Translations under genes and position numbers: made by a program
Source: Eledone cirrhosa
Taxonomy: Eukaryota
DNA: 64,000 bases
Reading direction: 5' to 3'
Assembly (NCBI GenBank): GCA_964016885.1
Contig: OZ024740.1
Span: 104,098,001 to 104,162,000, forward strand
In this document: positions 35,928 through 46,499 of the stretch, piece by piece
Layout: every line of letters begins with the position of its first letter
Position numbering within the stretch: the stretch's first letter is position 1
Notes under the pieces: generated by a model
The model's database searches: none
The model's input: the letters and a program-made list of their open reading frames with translations, nothing else
Told to the model about the DNA's origin: nothing

Positions 35928-38040
35928 TTAACCCTCTTAATACCAAACTGCTTGAAACCATCTCTAGTTCTATGATGCAAAACACTTTATTTCAAAATAT
36001 TTATGGTATCTATATATATTTAAAAGTATTCCATCTTAATTTTATGTAAGAACCTTTATCAAGTTATGCTCCAATCCCCAGATAAATATTGAGAAGTTAG
36101 TTACATAACCAAATACCTCCAAATTCTCTTCTGCTTCTTCGCCCACTTAATCCTGAGACGGTTGTGGAGAGCAGAGTCCTCAAGCACTCCTTCCAGTGAG
36201 TCCTGTCAGAAGCAACTGTCTCCAACTGATCTGGCTGGATCCCCAAGTGAGACCAGCCAAGCTCATGGATGTTATCCAACCATCTTGCTCAAGGTCAACC
36301 CCTGGGTCTCCTGCCAGCTGGTTTTGTCCATAAAATCTGTCCAGCGATTCTTTCCTGAGACATTCTAACCACATGCCCATAGTATCGGAGCTGTGATCAC
36401 TCAATTTGGAGAAGTAGCGGCTCTACATGGAGGGACTGTCTGGATCTCCGAACTATGTACTCTAAATGTCACTCCAAAGACTCTTCAGAGGAACCCCATT
36501 TCAGCTGTTTGCATTCATGATCATATTCTTTTGGTGATTACCCAAGATTCATGACCATAGGTAAAGGTTGGCATGAATACCAAATTGAAGATAGTGAGTT
36601 TGACTGTTACACCTACCTCCCTTCTTCTGATTACTGAATGCTGAAGTTGGTACACTACTGTACCAGCTCTTGCTTTTCTTGCACTTAATTCAACCTCCAG
36701 CCTTCCATCCCTTGTGAACACGGCCCCGAGATACTTGCATTTCTCTACCTGCTTCAGTGGAACTCCATTTATATTTAGTGTGCACTACACAGGCTTCCTT
36801 GAGAGGACAAGTGTCTCAGTTTTTGCAACTGTCAAGTTAAGTAACACCATATCATCTGAAAATTCCAGCCAACTGATTTTACACCCACCAGTCACGATAC
36901 GACTTCCAACCTAGCTGCACATATCAATCCTGTTCATGTAAATAATGAACAGGAGTGGTAGTATGCCATTTACCCGAACATAAATACTTGGGCATTTGTA
37001 TAGAAACATCAGGGCAGCAAAGAGCTGACCATCAATCCTATAGTCTTGCAGAACCTTCCACAGCAGGTCCTGAGGAATGCTGTCATATGCCGTTTCAAGG
37101 TCAACAAAACAAGAATATACTTCTTGGCAACACTCCCACGATTTCTTGAAGACCTGCTGCAGTATGAATATTTGGTTGCTGTGCTGCATCTGGGAAAAAA
37201 AACCACACTGTTCATCAGCTGGCTTGGACTCAATGATCTCACTATATCTCTTTGCTAGACACTTAGCATAGACTTTACTGGAGAGGCTTAACAAGGAGTC
37301 CCCTCTGTAATTGGAGCAATCTCTCTTGTCTCCCTTTTTGAAAATTGCGATTATCACTCACAATTGCCATTGCTTAGGTGCCTTTCCAGAGATCCAGGCC
37401 ATCCAGCACACATGAATCAGCCAGAGAATACCTTCTCTATTTAAGGCTTTTAACATCTTATCTTCCCCAGCAGCCTTGCCACATTTGAGCTCTTTAACTG
37501 CTCTTGTGACCTCAGCCTCTGAGAGATTAGTCACTGCTCTCAGATGTACTTTGTGTACATCAGAAGATGCTATTGTGACTGGGTTTAGGAGATCAGCAAA
37601 GTATTCTCTCCACCTAGCAAGGATGCACCTCTCTAAAGAGAGAAGAACCCCAGACGCATTCTTGATAGCAGGTGTGGAAAAGGACTTCTTATAACGAAGT
37701 TGGCGGATGATCTGCCAGAATGCTTTATTTGCTGTTAAAGGCTGTGAGTAAAAGAGGCATGGTGTGGCGATGGATGGCAAGAGGTTCAATCAAGAGGTCA
37801 AAGATGCCATCCAGGCAAAGAAGGAGGCTTACAAAGCTTGGCTTGGAAATGAGTCCTCCTTCTTGCACTTGCGGTACAAGCAGGTATGAAGAATCAGAGA
37901 CAGTAAAGGCATCCACAGTTAAGACATGGGAGGACTTTGGGGTTAAGCTGGAATCCAACTCCAAATTTTTAATTATTTAAGAATTATTTGAAAATCATAG
38001 GCTGTGTTTTTCATTAGAAATATGGTAATGAAAGGGTTAA
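35928..38040 (+). mobile_element. TTAA-type MITE interrupted by a 1.8-kb RTE LINE
   Basis: TTAACCCTCTTAATACC at left and GGTAATGAAAGGGTTAA at right. The halves join into the MITE when 36126-37967 is removed. Confidence 0.75.
36126..37958 (-). mobile_element. RTE-clade LINE (second family, no PHD), decayed, 5'-truncated with 5' inversion, 9-bp TSD
   Basis: Minus ORFs ILARWREYFADLLN, KCGKAAGED, IFKKGDKRDCSNYRG, FVDLETAYDSI, TYGHESW; (GAA)-like tail at 36126. TSD CTCCAAATT at 36117-36125 and 37959-37967. Confidence 0.92.
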
Positions 38041-38468
38041 ATTTGTGGTCTTGTACTTATGTCAGAAATCATTATTTTAACTGTATAAGGAAGCTGAAAT
38101 CTAGATAGAACATATAAAGCTCAGTGGGTATATGCCAAAGGCCATGTTTGTTAAAAGTGACATAGGAAGCTATAAAGATATCTAGTTATAAATCATTAAT
38201 TGATTTTTTTCTTAATATATTAAGTATATTGAAGTATATTAATTGTAGAAATCAATATTATAATAGATGGCAGAATTAGAAGAACACCAGACAAAATATT
38301 TTGAAGTATTTAGTTATTTTCCTTTATGTTCTGAGCTCAAATTCTTCCAAGGCTGATTTTGCCTTCATCTAATTTTGCTGTCTCAATAAGAATGATACAC
38401 CAGTAATATACAAGGAAAGATTCAATTTACTGAATCTGTTTTGGAATGAGTCAAGTAAGAATTAACAT

Positions 38469-38786
38469 AATTGTTTCTACTTTTGGCACAAGGCCAGCAA
38501 TTACCCAGTGCATTACTGGTACTTTATTTTATTGACCCCGTAAGGATGAAAGGCAAAGTCGACCTCGGTGGGATTTGAACTCGGATCGTAAAGGGACCTA
38601 ACTATGCTGGAAAGCATGGCGTCCGACCCTCTACCGATACTGCCAATCCATAACATAATGGTTTCTGATTTAGGCACAAGGCCAACAATTTTTGAGGAAG
38701 GGGAAAGTCGATTAAATCGACCCCAGTGCATTACTGGTACTTTATTTTATTGACCCCATGAGGATGAAAGGCAAAGCTGACCTGGG
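38469..38786 (-). mobile_element. Two head-to-tail SINE family 2 copies (short form 38469-38649; truncated long form 38657-38786)
   Basis: Reverse complements of the 24974 and 25390 copies; TAACATAAT duplicated around the short copy. Confidence 0.87.
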
Positions 38787-39606
38787 TAATCCACCACCCT
38801 CTAAGAATTAGCATAATATAAACAGTTGTGTGTTGAGTAAGTAAGATCAGAGCCCAGTATCTCAAGATACCTACTGGATACAAATTCACTTCACTTCAAC
38901 GTGACAGTTATCACTCAGACATGCATGAACATCACAACTTCCCATTCCTCTATCAAAATATACAGCTTTTTTAACAAGCTAAAAAAAAAGCTATGTAATA
39001 ATAATAACTTTTTTTAAATGTTGGTGTGAGTTGGCAAGTTGGTTTCAATTCTATATTGAAGTCATTCAGTTTTATTTACTTGCATCACTAATGCCTTTAA
39101 GGAAGGTGCAATCATCATCACCATCATCATCATCACCACCACCACCCTCAACATGTTGAATACAAGTGATTTGTGGCATTTAGTTTTGATACTTTATGTT
39201 TTGATTTCTATTTCAACCACTACATACTTTCCTTTTTATTTTGCCAGTTGAAAAAATATGTATCAGTATAGTACTTGGGTCAAGTCCACTAACTGTAATC
39301 TCTCCTGATAGTGGTGGTCTTCCATCACCGTCATTATCACTACCATCATGGGATGATTTGTGATATTTGTTCCCAAACTGTTCATTCTTAATTCATTCTT
39401 AGTTCAAATCCAGACGTTGTGCACAGCAGATAGTGTCAACAATGGAAAGGCTAATGAAAACATAGTTTTCTTGGTCAAATCTGATGCTTGATTTCAAAAC
39501 AGCAAAACAGAAAACAGAATTCATAGAAAACTATTATGGATAAGTAATTATAGATTCCCAGTTCTACTATTTTGTGAAATATCTTGGAACTGTGTATCAT
39601 TCCTTT

Positions 39607-39931
39607 CATTTTACGTCCACTTTTCCCTGCTTGCAAGAGTGGGATGGGAACTGATTCTGGCTTGATTTCTACAGCTGGATGCCCTTCCTAACACCAACCT
39701 CATTTACAGTGAGTGCTGGGTGCTTTTTTGCCGTAGCACCTCCACGACCACTTTGCAGTGGAATGATATGGACCCCAGTCCCTATCATCTCATTTCTACA
39801 GCTGAGTAAACTGGAGCAATGTGAAATAAAGTGTCTTGCTCAAGGAAACAACATATCACCCGGTCTGAGAATTGAACTCACAACCTTTTGATTGCAAGGC
39901 CAATGCTCTAACCACTAAGCCATGTGCCTCC
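39607..39931 (-). mobile_element. CORE-like SINE family 1
   Basis: Near-identical to 31395-31739. Confidence 0.93.
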
Positions 39932-39949
39932 ATAAGCATGTGTTTATGT

Positions 39950-40378
39950 CTAACATAAACAACAATACCCATATATAATGCATTAACACAACTATACACT
40001 AAGCCCACAAAATAAATTCATCTTTTAAACACACATCATAATGAATACATTAAAATAATTGTTTCTACTTTTGGCACAAGGCCAGCAATTACACAGTGTA
40101 TTACTGGTACTTTATTTTATAGACCCCGTAAGGATGAAAGACAAAGTTAACTTCGACGAGTTCAAATCCCGCTGAGGTTAACTTTTCCTTTCATCCTTAC
40201 GGGGTCGATAAAATAAAGTACCAGTAATGTACTGGGTAATTGCTGGCCTTGTGCCAAAAGTAGAAACAATTATTTTAATGTATTCATTATGATGTGTGTT
40301 TAAAAGATGAATTTATTTTGTGGGCTTAGTGTATAGTTGTGTTAATGCATTATATATGGGTATTGTTGTTTATGTTAG
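39950..40378. repeat. Long inverted repeat (arms ~205 bp, ~16-nt spacer) made of a SINE2 3' half plus unique flank
   Basis: CTAACATAAACAACAATACCC...GTTAACTTC mirrored by GAGGTTAAC...GGGTATTGTTGTTTATGTTAG. Confidence 0.95.
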
Positions 40379-40900
40379 TGCTGATGTGTGTGTGTAGCCA
40401 TAGTGTAAATGTGTAGTGAGTGTATGTAACTGGGACTAAGTGTATGGTCACTGCATGTGTGTCTACAGTGAGAATGTGTACACTATTCAATTGTGAGTAT
40501 TTGAAAGTGGAATTGAACAATTTTGTATTTGTTGTGAAATGTGTGTGTGTGTATGTGTGTATGTGTCTTTTCATAATGTTGTTATATGGGTAGCTTAAGT
40601 GTTGCATAAATGATGATATGTATGTGTATAGCATTAAGACCACAGGACGGGGTTCCATGTTTGTAAAGAAAATATGGGTTGTTATACTTGCTGAAAATGT
40701 GGGTTTGGTGAACCACTGTGCAATGCTAATCTGAACATGGAGAGATGCTGGATACAATAATTCACAGAGTGAAAATGACATGAAACAAGATAACTATTTC
40801 TAAAATTGATGTCGCAAGGTTGTTTAGTGAACTAGTCAGCAAAGTGACTGCCAGTTTGTTGAATATAAGAAGAATAAAAGACGGAACATTTTAGAGAGTA

Positions 40901-41680
40901 CTAGCAGACTGGCCTGGCGTTGCTCGGGATTCTAAACATAGATTGGCATGTTTATCCCTCCTTTCTGAAACAGTTCTGAGAAGTACGGAATACCTCAGCC
41001 TCGGGATGGTGTCTACATTTTGTGCTTATGAAAACAATTTGTCGTAGATTACCAGGGGTTTAACTTAATTGGGTGCCCGAGAGTAAAATGTTCAACCCAC
41101 AAAAGCCAAGACAATAGGGTTAAGTAAAAAGGCATTCGACAAACCGAACATATATTTGTTGTGCTATGGTACAATGAAAGCAATAGTTACAGAGCAGTAA
41201 GCATGTGGGACTGCAGTGGTGGAGAGTGGTGGAGAGTGGTGTGGTCTTACTCCTTTCAATGTTTCATTGTATGTTCACCAATTGATGCAGAAGTCCTAAT
41301 AAAAATTGAAGTGAATAGGCAAATAATTTTCCATTATGATTTTTCAAAAGCATGTAATTGCGTACCCTCTCTTTTTTGTTGTTGTTTTTGCTGCTGTTGG
41401 TGTGATAGCAGCCATTGGTCGTACTATTAACACAGTCTCATCCTTCTTCCGCCAATTGTGTATATCCCCTTCTGCCTTGTCTACCTAAAAAATGATTGTA
41501 GCACCTCCTTGTACACAATGTTAGATTAAAGTTTAAGCAAAAAATCGCTACTTTCACCCTTAACGAGATCTTCTGAAACTAAAAAAATCAATTTGTGAAC
41601 GCAGAAGTAAATATTTCGAAAAACGTTACATACTATATATATATATACACACACTATATATACATATATACACACACAGA
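40901..41680 (-). mobile_element. Probable non-autonomous Helitron
   Basis: The minus strand ends CCCGAGCAACGCCAGG-CCAGTCTG-CTAG|T (GC hairpin + CTAG). A candidate 5' A|TC lies at 41681/41680, next to a TA/CA microsatellite. Confidence 0.6.
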
Positions 41681-41749
41681 TAGCGAAGAATGTTGTAAGT
41701 ACGGAATACCTCGGCCTGGGGATGGTGTCTACATTTTGTGCTTATATAT

Positions 41750-42078
41750 ATCATCATTTTACATCCGCTTTTCCCTGCTTGCAAGGGTGGGACGGGAACT
41801 GATTCTGGCTTGATTCTACAGCTGGAAGCCCTTCCTAACACCAACCCCATTTACAGTGAGTGCTGGTTGCTTTTTTACCGTGGCACCTCCATGACCACTT
41901 TGCAGTGGAATGATAGGGACCCCAGTCCCTATCATCTCATTTCTACAGCTGAGTAAACTGGAGCAATGTGAAATAAAGTGTCTTGCTCAAGGAAACAACA
42001 CATTACCTGGTCTGAGGATTGAACTCACAACCTTTTGATTGCAAGGCCAATGTTCTAACCACTAAGCCATGTGCCTCC
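41750..42078 (-). mobile_element. CORE-like SINE family 1
   Basis: Near-identical to the other family 1 copies. Confidence 0.93.
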
Positions 42079-42090
42079 ATTATATATATA

Positions 42091-42612
42091 TCCCACCTTC
42101 CCATGAGCACAGCCTCAAGCATAAATAGAGTATACACCACCTTCACCTACAGCCCACACCACTCTTCCATACACCTCCCATGAGCACAGGCTGAAGCATA
42201 TATCTAGTGTGCTTCACTCCACACCCCTTCAATTACCTCCCACGTCTTAACACTCTGCCACCATCCCCAGCCCACACTGTCAAGTGGTTATGATGGGGAC
42301 ATGACAAAAAGTGCTCAGCCCACACTGTAAAGTGGTTGTGATGGTGACATGACAAACAACACCCAGCCCACAGTGTAAAGTTGTTGTGTAGGTATCAGGA
42401 CAAAAAGCACCCAGCCCATACCGTAAAGTGGCCATGTATATGTTACAACAAAAAGCACTCAGTACACACTGTAAATGTGGTTGGCATTAAAACAGGCATC
42501 CAGCTGTAGAAACCGAGCCAAAATCAGTTCTGTATGAGCAAGACATAGTCATCTGACCCAGCATTTCTCACAAGAGGACAACTCATCTAACCCATGTTAG
42601 TGTGGAAAATGC
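42091..42612 (+). mobile_element. RTE LINE 3'UTR fragment with ~48-bp tandem units
   Basis: CCCATGAGCACAGGCTGAAGCATA start, CCCAGCCCACACTGTAAAGTGG units, and tail TCTAACCCATGTTAGTGTGGAAAATG. Confidence 0.82.
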
Positions 42613-42730
42613 ACCGTTTTACGTCCATTTTCCACACTAACATGAGTTAGATGAGTTGTCCTGTTGTGAGAAATGCTGGGTCAGGTGACCATATCTTGCT
42701 CATACAGAACTGATTTGGCTCGGTTTCTAC
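42506..42730. repeat. Fold-back inverted repeat (arms ~105 bp) of the RTE tail
   Basis: GTAGAAACCGAGCCAAAATCAG...GTGTGGAAAATG mirrored by CATTTTCCACAC...CTGATTTGGCTCGGTTTCTAC. Confidence 0.92.
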
Positions 42731-42798
42731 CACTGTAAAGTGGTTGTGATGGCGACATGACAAACAATACCCAGTCCACATATATATATAATATATAT

Positions 42799-43141
42799 GG
42801 AGGCACATGGCTTAGTGGTTAGAGCATTGGCCTTGCAATCGAAAGGTTGTGAGTTCAATTCTCAGACCGGGTGATGTGTTGTTTCCTTGAGCAAGACACT
42901 TTATTTCACATTGCTCCAGTTTACTCAGCTGTAGAAATGAGATGATAGGACTGGGGTCCATATCATTCCACTGCAAAGTGGTCGTGGAGGTGCCATGGCA
43001 TAAAAGCACCCAGCACTCACTGTAAATGAGGTTGGTGTTAGGAAGGGCATCCAGCTGTAGAAATCAAGCCAGAATCAGTTCCCGTCGCACCCTTGCTAGC
43101 AGGGAAAAGCGGACGTAAAATGAAATGATGATGATGATGAT
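42799..43141 (+). mobile_element. CORE-like SINE family 1
   Basis: Full-length copy with (TGA)n tail. Confidence 0.93.
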
Positions 43142-43149
43142 ATATATAT

Positions 43150-43820
43150 CCTGCCTTCCCATGAGCACAGGCTGAAGTATACATCTAGCTTGCTCAACCC
43201 CACCCCCTTCCATTACCTCCCATGTCCTAACACTCCACACCTCACACGCATCCAGATGTCCAGCTTCCCAATCCACCACACATCTCTCCCAGCAAAGTCC
43301 CCAGCCCACACTGTAAAGTGGTTGTGTAAGTGTCATGACAAAAAGCATCCAGCCCACACTGTAAAGTGGTTGTACAAGTGTCATGACAAAAAGTGCCCAA
43401 CCCACAACCCATGACCATGTAAGTGTCACAACAAAAAGCACCCAGCCCATGCTGTACAGTGGTTGTGTAAGTGTCACAACAAAAAGCACCCAGCCCACGC
43501 TGTACAGTGGTTGTGTAAGTGTCACAACAAAAAGCACCCAGCCCACATTGTAAAGTAGTCATGTAAGTGTCACAACAAAAAGCACCCAGCCCACGCTGTA
43601 AAGTGGTTGTGTAGGTGTCAGGAAAAAAAGCACCCAGTCCACACTGTAAATATGGTTTGCATTAAGAAGGGCATCCAGCTGTAGAAACTGAGCAAAAATC
43701 AGTTCTGTATGAACAAGGCATGATCACCTGACCCAGAATTTCTCACAACAGGACAACTCGTCTAACCCATGCTAACGTGGAAAAATGGACATTAAATGGT
43801 GGTGATGACGATGATGATAT
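43150..43820 (+). mobile_element. RTE LINE 3'UTR fragment with expanded 48-bp tandem array (43300-43650)
   Basis: About seven units of CCCAGCCCAC.CTGTAAAGTGGTTGTGTAAGTGTCACAACAAAAAGCA, then the AAGGGCATCCAGCTGTAG motif and tail. Confidence 0.87.
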
Positions 43821-44022
43821 ATGGTTGACTGAATACACACGTGCTTTTGCTCCCCAAAATTTGTTTCTATTCCTTCCTCTTCTCATTCTCTACCTTTCTA
43901 TTTCATCTTTTATTTCTCATTCTATCTTTTGATGAAGGACTAATGACTATATCCAGTGTTAAACTAATATATTTCTTTATTGGCCGGTGTTGTTTGCTCT
44001 GTTGTTTCTGTTTATTTTTTGC

Positions 44023-44086
44023 ATATATATATATATATATATGTGTGTGTGTATTGATATAACTACATATATATATACTTATATCA

Positions 44087-44141
<55 letters not shown>
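44023..44141. repeat. (TA)n microsatellite flanking the Penelope element
   Basis: Direct reading. Confidence 0.9.
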
Positions 44142-44148
<7 letters not shown>

Positions 44149-44187
44149 AGAGATTACAATAATCAAAGTTCAGTTTAAATCATTTAT

Positions 44188-44236
44188 TTGCTTACAATTG
44201 TTTCCTCCAAACCGAGGTTTGGATTCTTCGGAGCAA
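44188..44236 (-). ncRNA. Minimal type I hammerhead ribozyme motif (inverted pLTR copy)
   Basis: Exact reverse complement of 48025-48073. Confidence 0.72.
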
Positions 44237-44445
44237 CTATTTAGTGATCTATAACATACTTGACCTCCTTTTCAACACAAGAGACATATAAAAACATATG
44301 CACATATTGATCCACAGTGATTGATCCAAAGTGATTGAATGGTTCAAAAATATCATAGATAGCAAGGATAAAAAAATTTATTCAATTTGATATCAATTCT
44401 TACTATACCTCTATTTCCCCTATCCTACTAAATAAGGCACTTATA

Positions 44446-46083
44446 ATGGCCATGGACAATAGTGACCTGACTAGACCCCAGATTGATATCATACTTGTGG
44501 CCCGTAAAACACTAATCACCTTTGAAGACCAATTATGGACCCGCAAAGATACGCAAAACAGCTTCGACATTACCATGGGGTCTAGTGACTCGGCGCAGGT
44601 CACTGATTTAGTCGGTCTATATTTACTTAACCAAATTCATAGGGACCTTCCTTACCTCAGCGGTGGTTTGTATCGCGACGATGCACTTCTACTTATAGAT
44701 TATAAAAAATTCAATATAGAAAGAACTAGAAAACTATTGCACAAAACATTCAAAAACTATAACCTTAGTATTACCATGGACAAAAACACCAAAAACGTCA
44801 ACTTCCTAGATGCCACACTCTACCTAAACTCAATGATATATACACCTTTCCACAAACCTAATGAAAAAGTCATCTACGTAAATACCAAGTCTAACCACCC
44901 TAGATCTATATTAAACTCTATCTCTAAGGGAGTATCTAATAGAATCTCTAATCTATCCTATGACATAAACACATTTAACAATAACTCGCAGTATTATAAT
45001 CAGGCATTAGCTAGATCAGGACATAATACAGGGATAGAGTTCCTACCTACAAAAACGCATAGCTACAACATTATTTCACATAACATGTCCATGGGGAAAT
45101 TTAATAATAGGAATAGCAACCACACACACACTAATAGAGATGATAACAACAAAAGTAACCCACACCACAGAAATTACCATAGTGACATTAAAGGAAACAA
45201 ATCACCGGACATAAAAAACAGAAATAGAAGAAGAAATAATACATTTTTCAACCCTCCTTTCAATCTAAACGTCTCTACCAACCTACCTAGGGCTTTCTTC
45301 TCACTACTGGATAAACACTTCCCATCTGGCCACAGGTACCATAGCCTTTTAAACAAAAACACTATTAAAATCTCATACTCTACTACGCCTAACTTAGCAT
45401 ACCACATAGCTAGTAGCAATAAAAGAAAAATTAATTCTTACTTCCAACAAACTAAATCACAACAGACGATAAACCTTCAAAATAACATTCAAAATAACAT
45501 TATAGCAACTAACCATAATATCAATAGAAATAATAGTATTAGTACTAGTGTAAACATTAACACTGCGAACGACAACCCACATAACCATAACACTATAGCT
45601 AACACCCAAACTTCTACACAGCATAGTAACCGGCAGACTATCACCCAGAATAATTGTAATTGTAGATCAAATAGAACCTGCCCTTTAGATAAAAAATGCT
45701 TAACCAAGGATATCATATACTTATGTACAGTCACAACTAACAACTCTTCTGAAACCTATATAGGCTCTACTTCTAACTGCTTCAAAACTAGATACAATTC
45801 GCACATCCACTCTTTCAAAAAACACAGTCTGGCCAACTCCACTTCACTATCTAGCTACATACACTATCTAAAAACTAAAAATAAAATATACACACTTAAA
45901 TGGGAAGTGGTAGGTAGTGCATCATCGTACAAACCACCTAATAAATTTTGTAACCTCTGTCTACTAGAGACCCATACTATCATCTTCTCTAACCATAATC
46001 TCCTTAATAAAAAATCAGAAGTGTTCGCATCTTGCCAACACCGCTTCCGACACTCTTTCCAAAACTTTAAACCCTATATATAA
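44446..46083 (+). CDS. PLE reverse transcriptase (partial) + GIY-YIG endonuclease
   Basis: FDITMGSSDSAQVTDLVGLYLL, GLYRDD, VNFLD, SNHP, CNCR..CPL..KCL, IIYLC..ETYIGST..FKTRY. Upstream RT motif FIQFDINSYYTSI at ~44380-44420. Confidence 0.9.
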   Translation: MAMDNSDLTRPQIDIILVARKTLITFEDQLWTRKDTQNSFDITMGSSDSAQVTDLVGLYLLNQIHRDLPYLSGGLYRDDALLLIDYKKFNIERTRKLLHKTFKNYNLSITMDKNTKNVNFLDATLYLNSMIYTPFHKPNEKVIYVNTKSNHPRSILNSISKGVSNRISNLSYDINTFNNNSQYYNQALARSGHNTGIEFLPTKTHSYNIISHNMSMGKFNNRNSNHTHTNRDDNNKSNPHHRNYHSDIKGNKSPDIKNRNRRRNNTFFNPPFNLNVSTNLPRAFFSLLDKHFPSGHRYHSLLNKNTIKISYSTTPNLAYHIASSNKRKINSYFQQTKSQQTINLQNNIQNNIIATNHNINRNNSISTSVNINTANDNPHNHNTIANTQTSTQHSNRQTITQNNCNCRSNRTCPLDKKCLTKDIIYLCTVTTNNSSETYIGSTSNCFKTRYNSHIHSFKKHSLANSTSLSSYIHYLKTKNKIYTLKWEVVGSASSYKPPNKFCNLCLLETHTIIFSNHNLLNKKSEVFASCQHRFRHSFQNFKPYI

Positions 46084-46499
46084 CAATGTCAGACTGGAAC
46101 CGTCACCACCCCTAGCAATTAGCATCAGTAGCACACCCCACACCTCATCTCCACACCCATTTATATACTCTAAAGGTAATACTGGCAGCATTATAGCACC
46201 ATCTACCCTGGGGATACCCCCATGTACTTCTAATTCTGATATCTCGGCCGTGGATTACTTAAACTGCATTGCACAAATATATGATTAATATAAACTGTAG
46301 ACACGGTATTGGTTGTGCTAACATAGTCCTGTGCAATGAGTGCCACCATGAGATAGATTGATGATTAAGTAAGTAATCTTATTATTATGTGACTATATAT
46401 TCTATACGATCAGTACAATGAATAGGAGTCTCTGTGTTGCTTGATGACCTGACTAGTATCTTTTGATGAGAGAACGGGTCCCCGGACCACCCTGGTGAA

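Noticed and set aside
43300-43650. CRISPR-like appearance of the 48-bp repeats
   Set aside because: Units are similar over their whole length with no unique spacers, lie in a LINE 3'UTR, and there are no cas genes; the context is eukaryotic.
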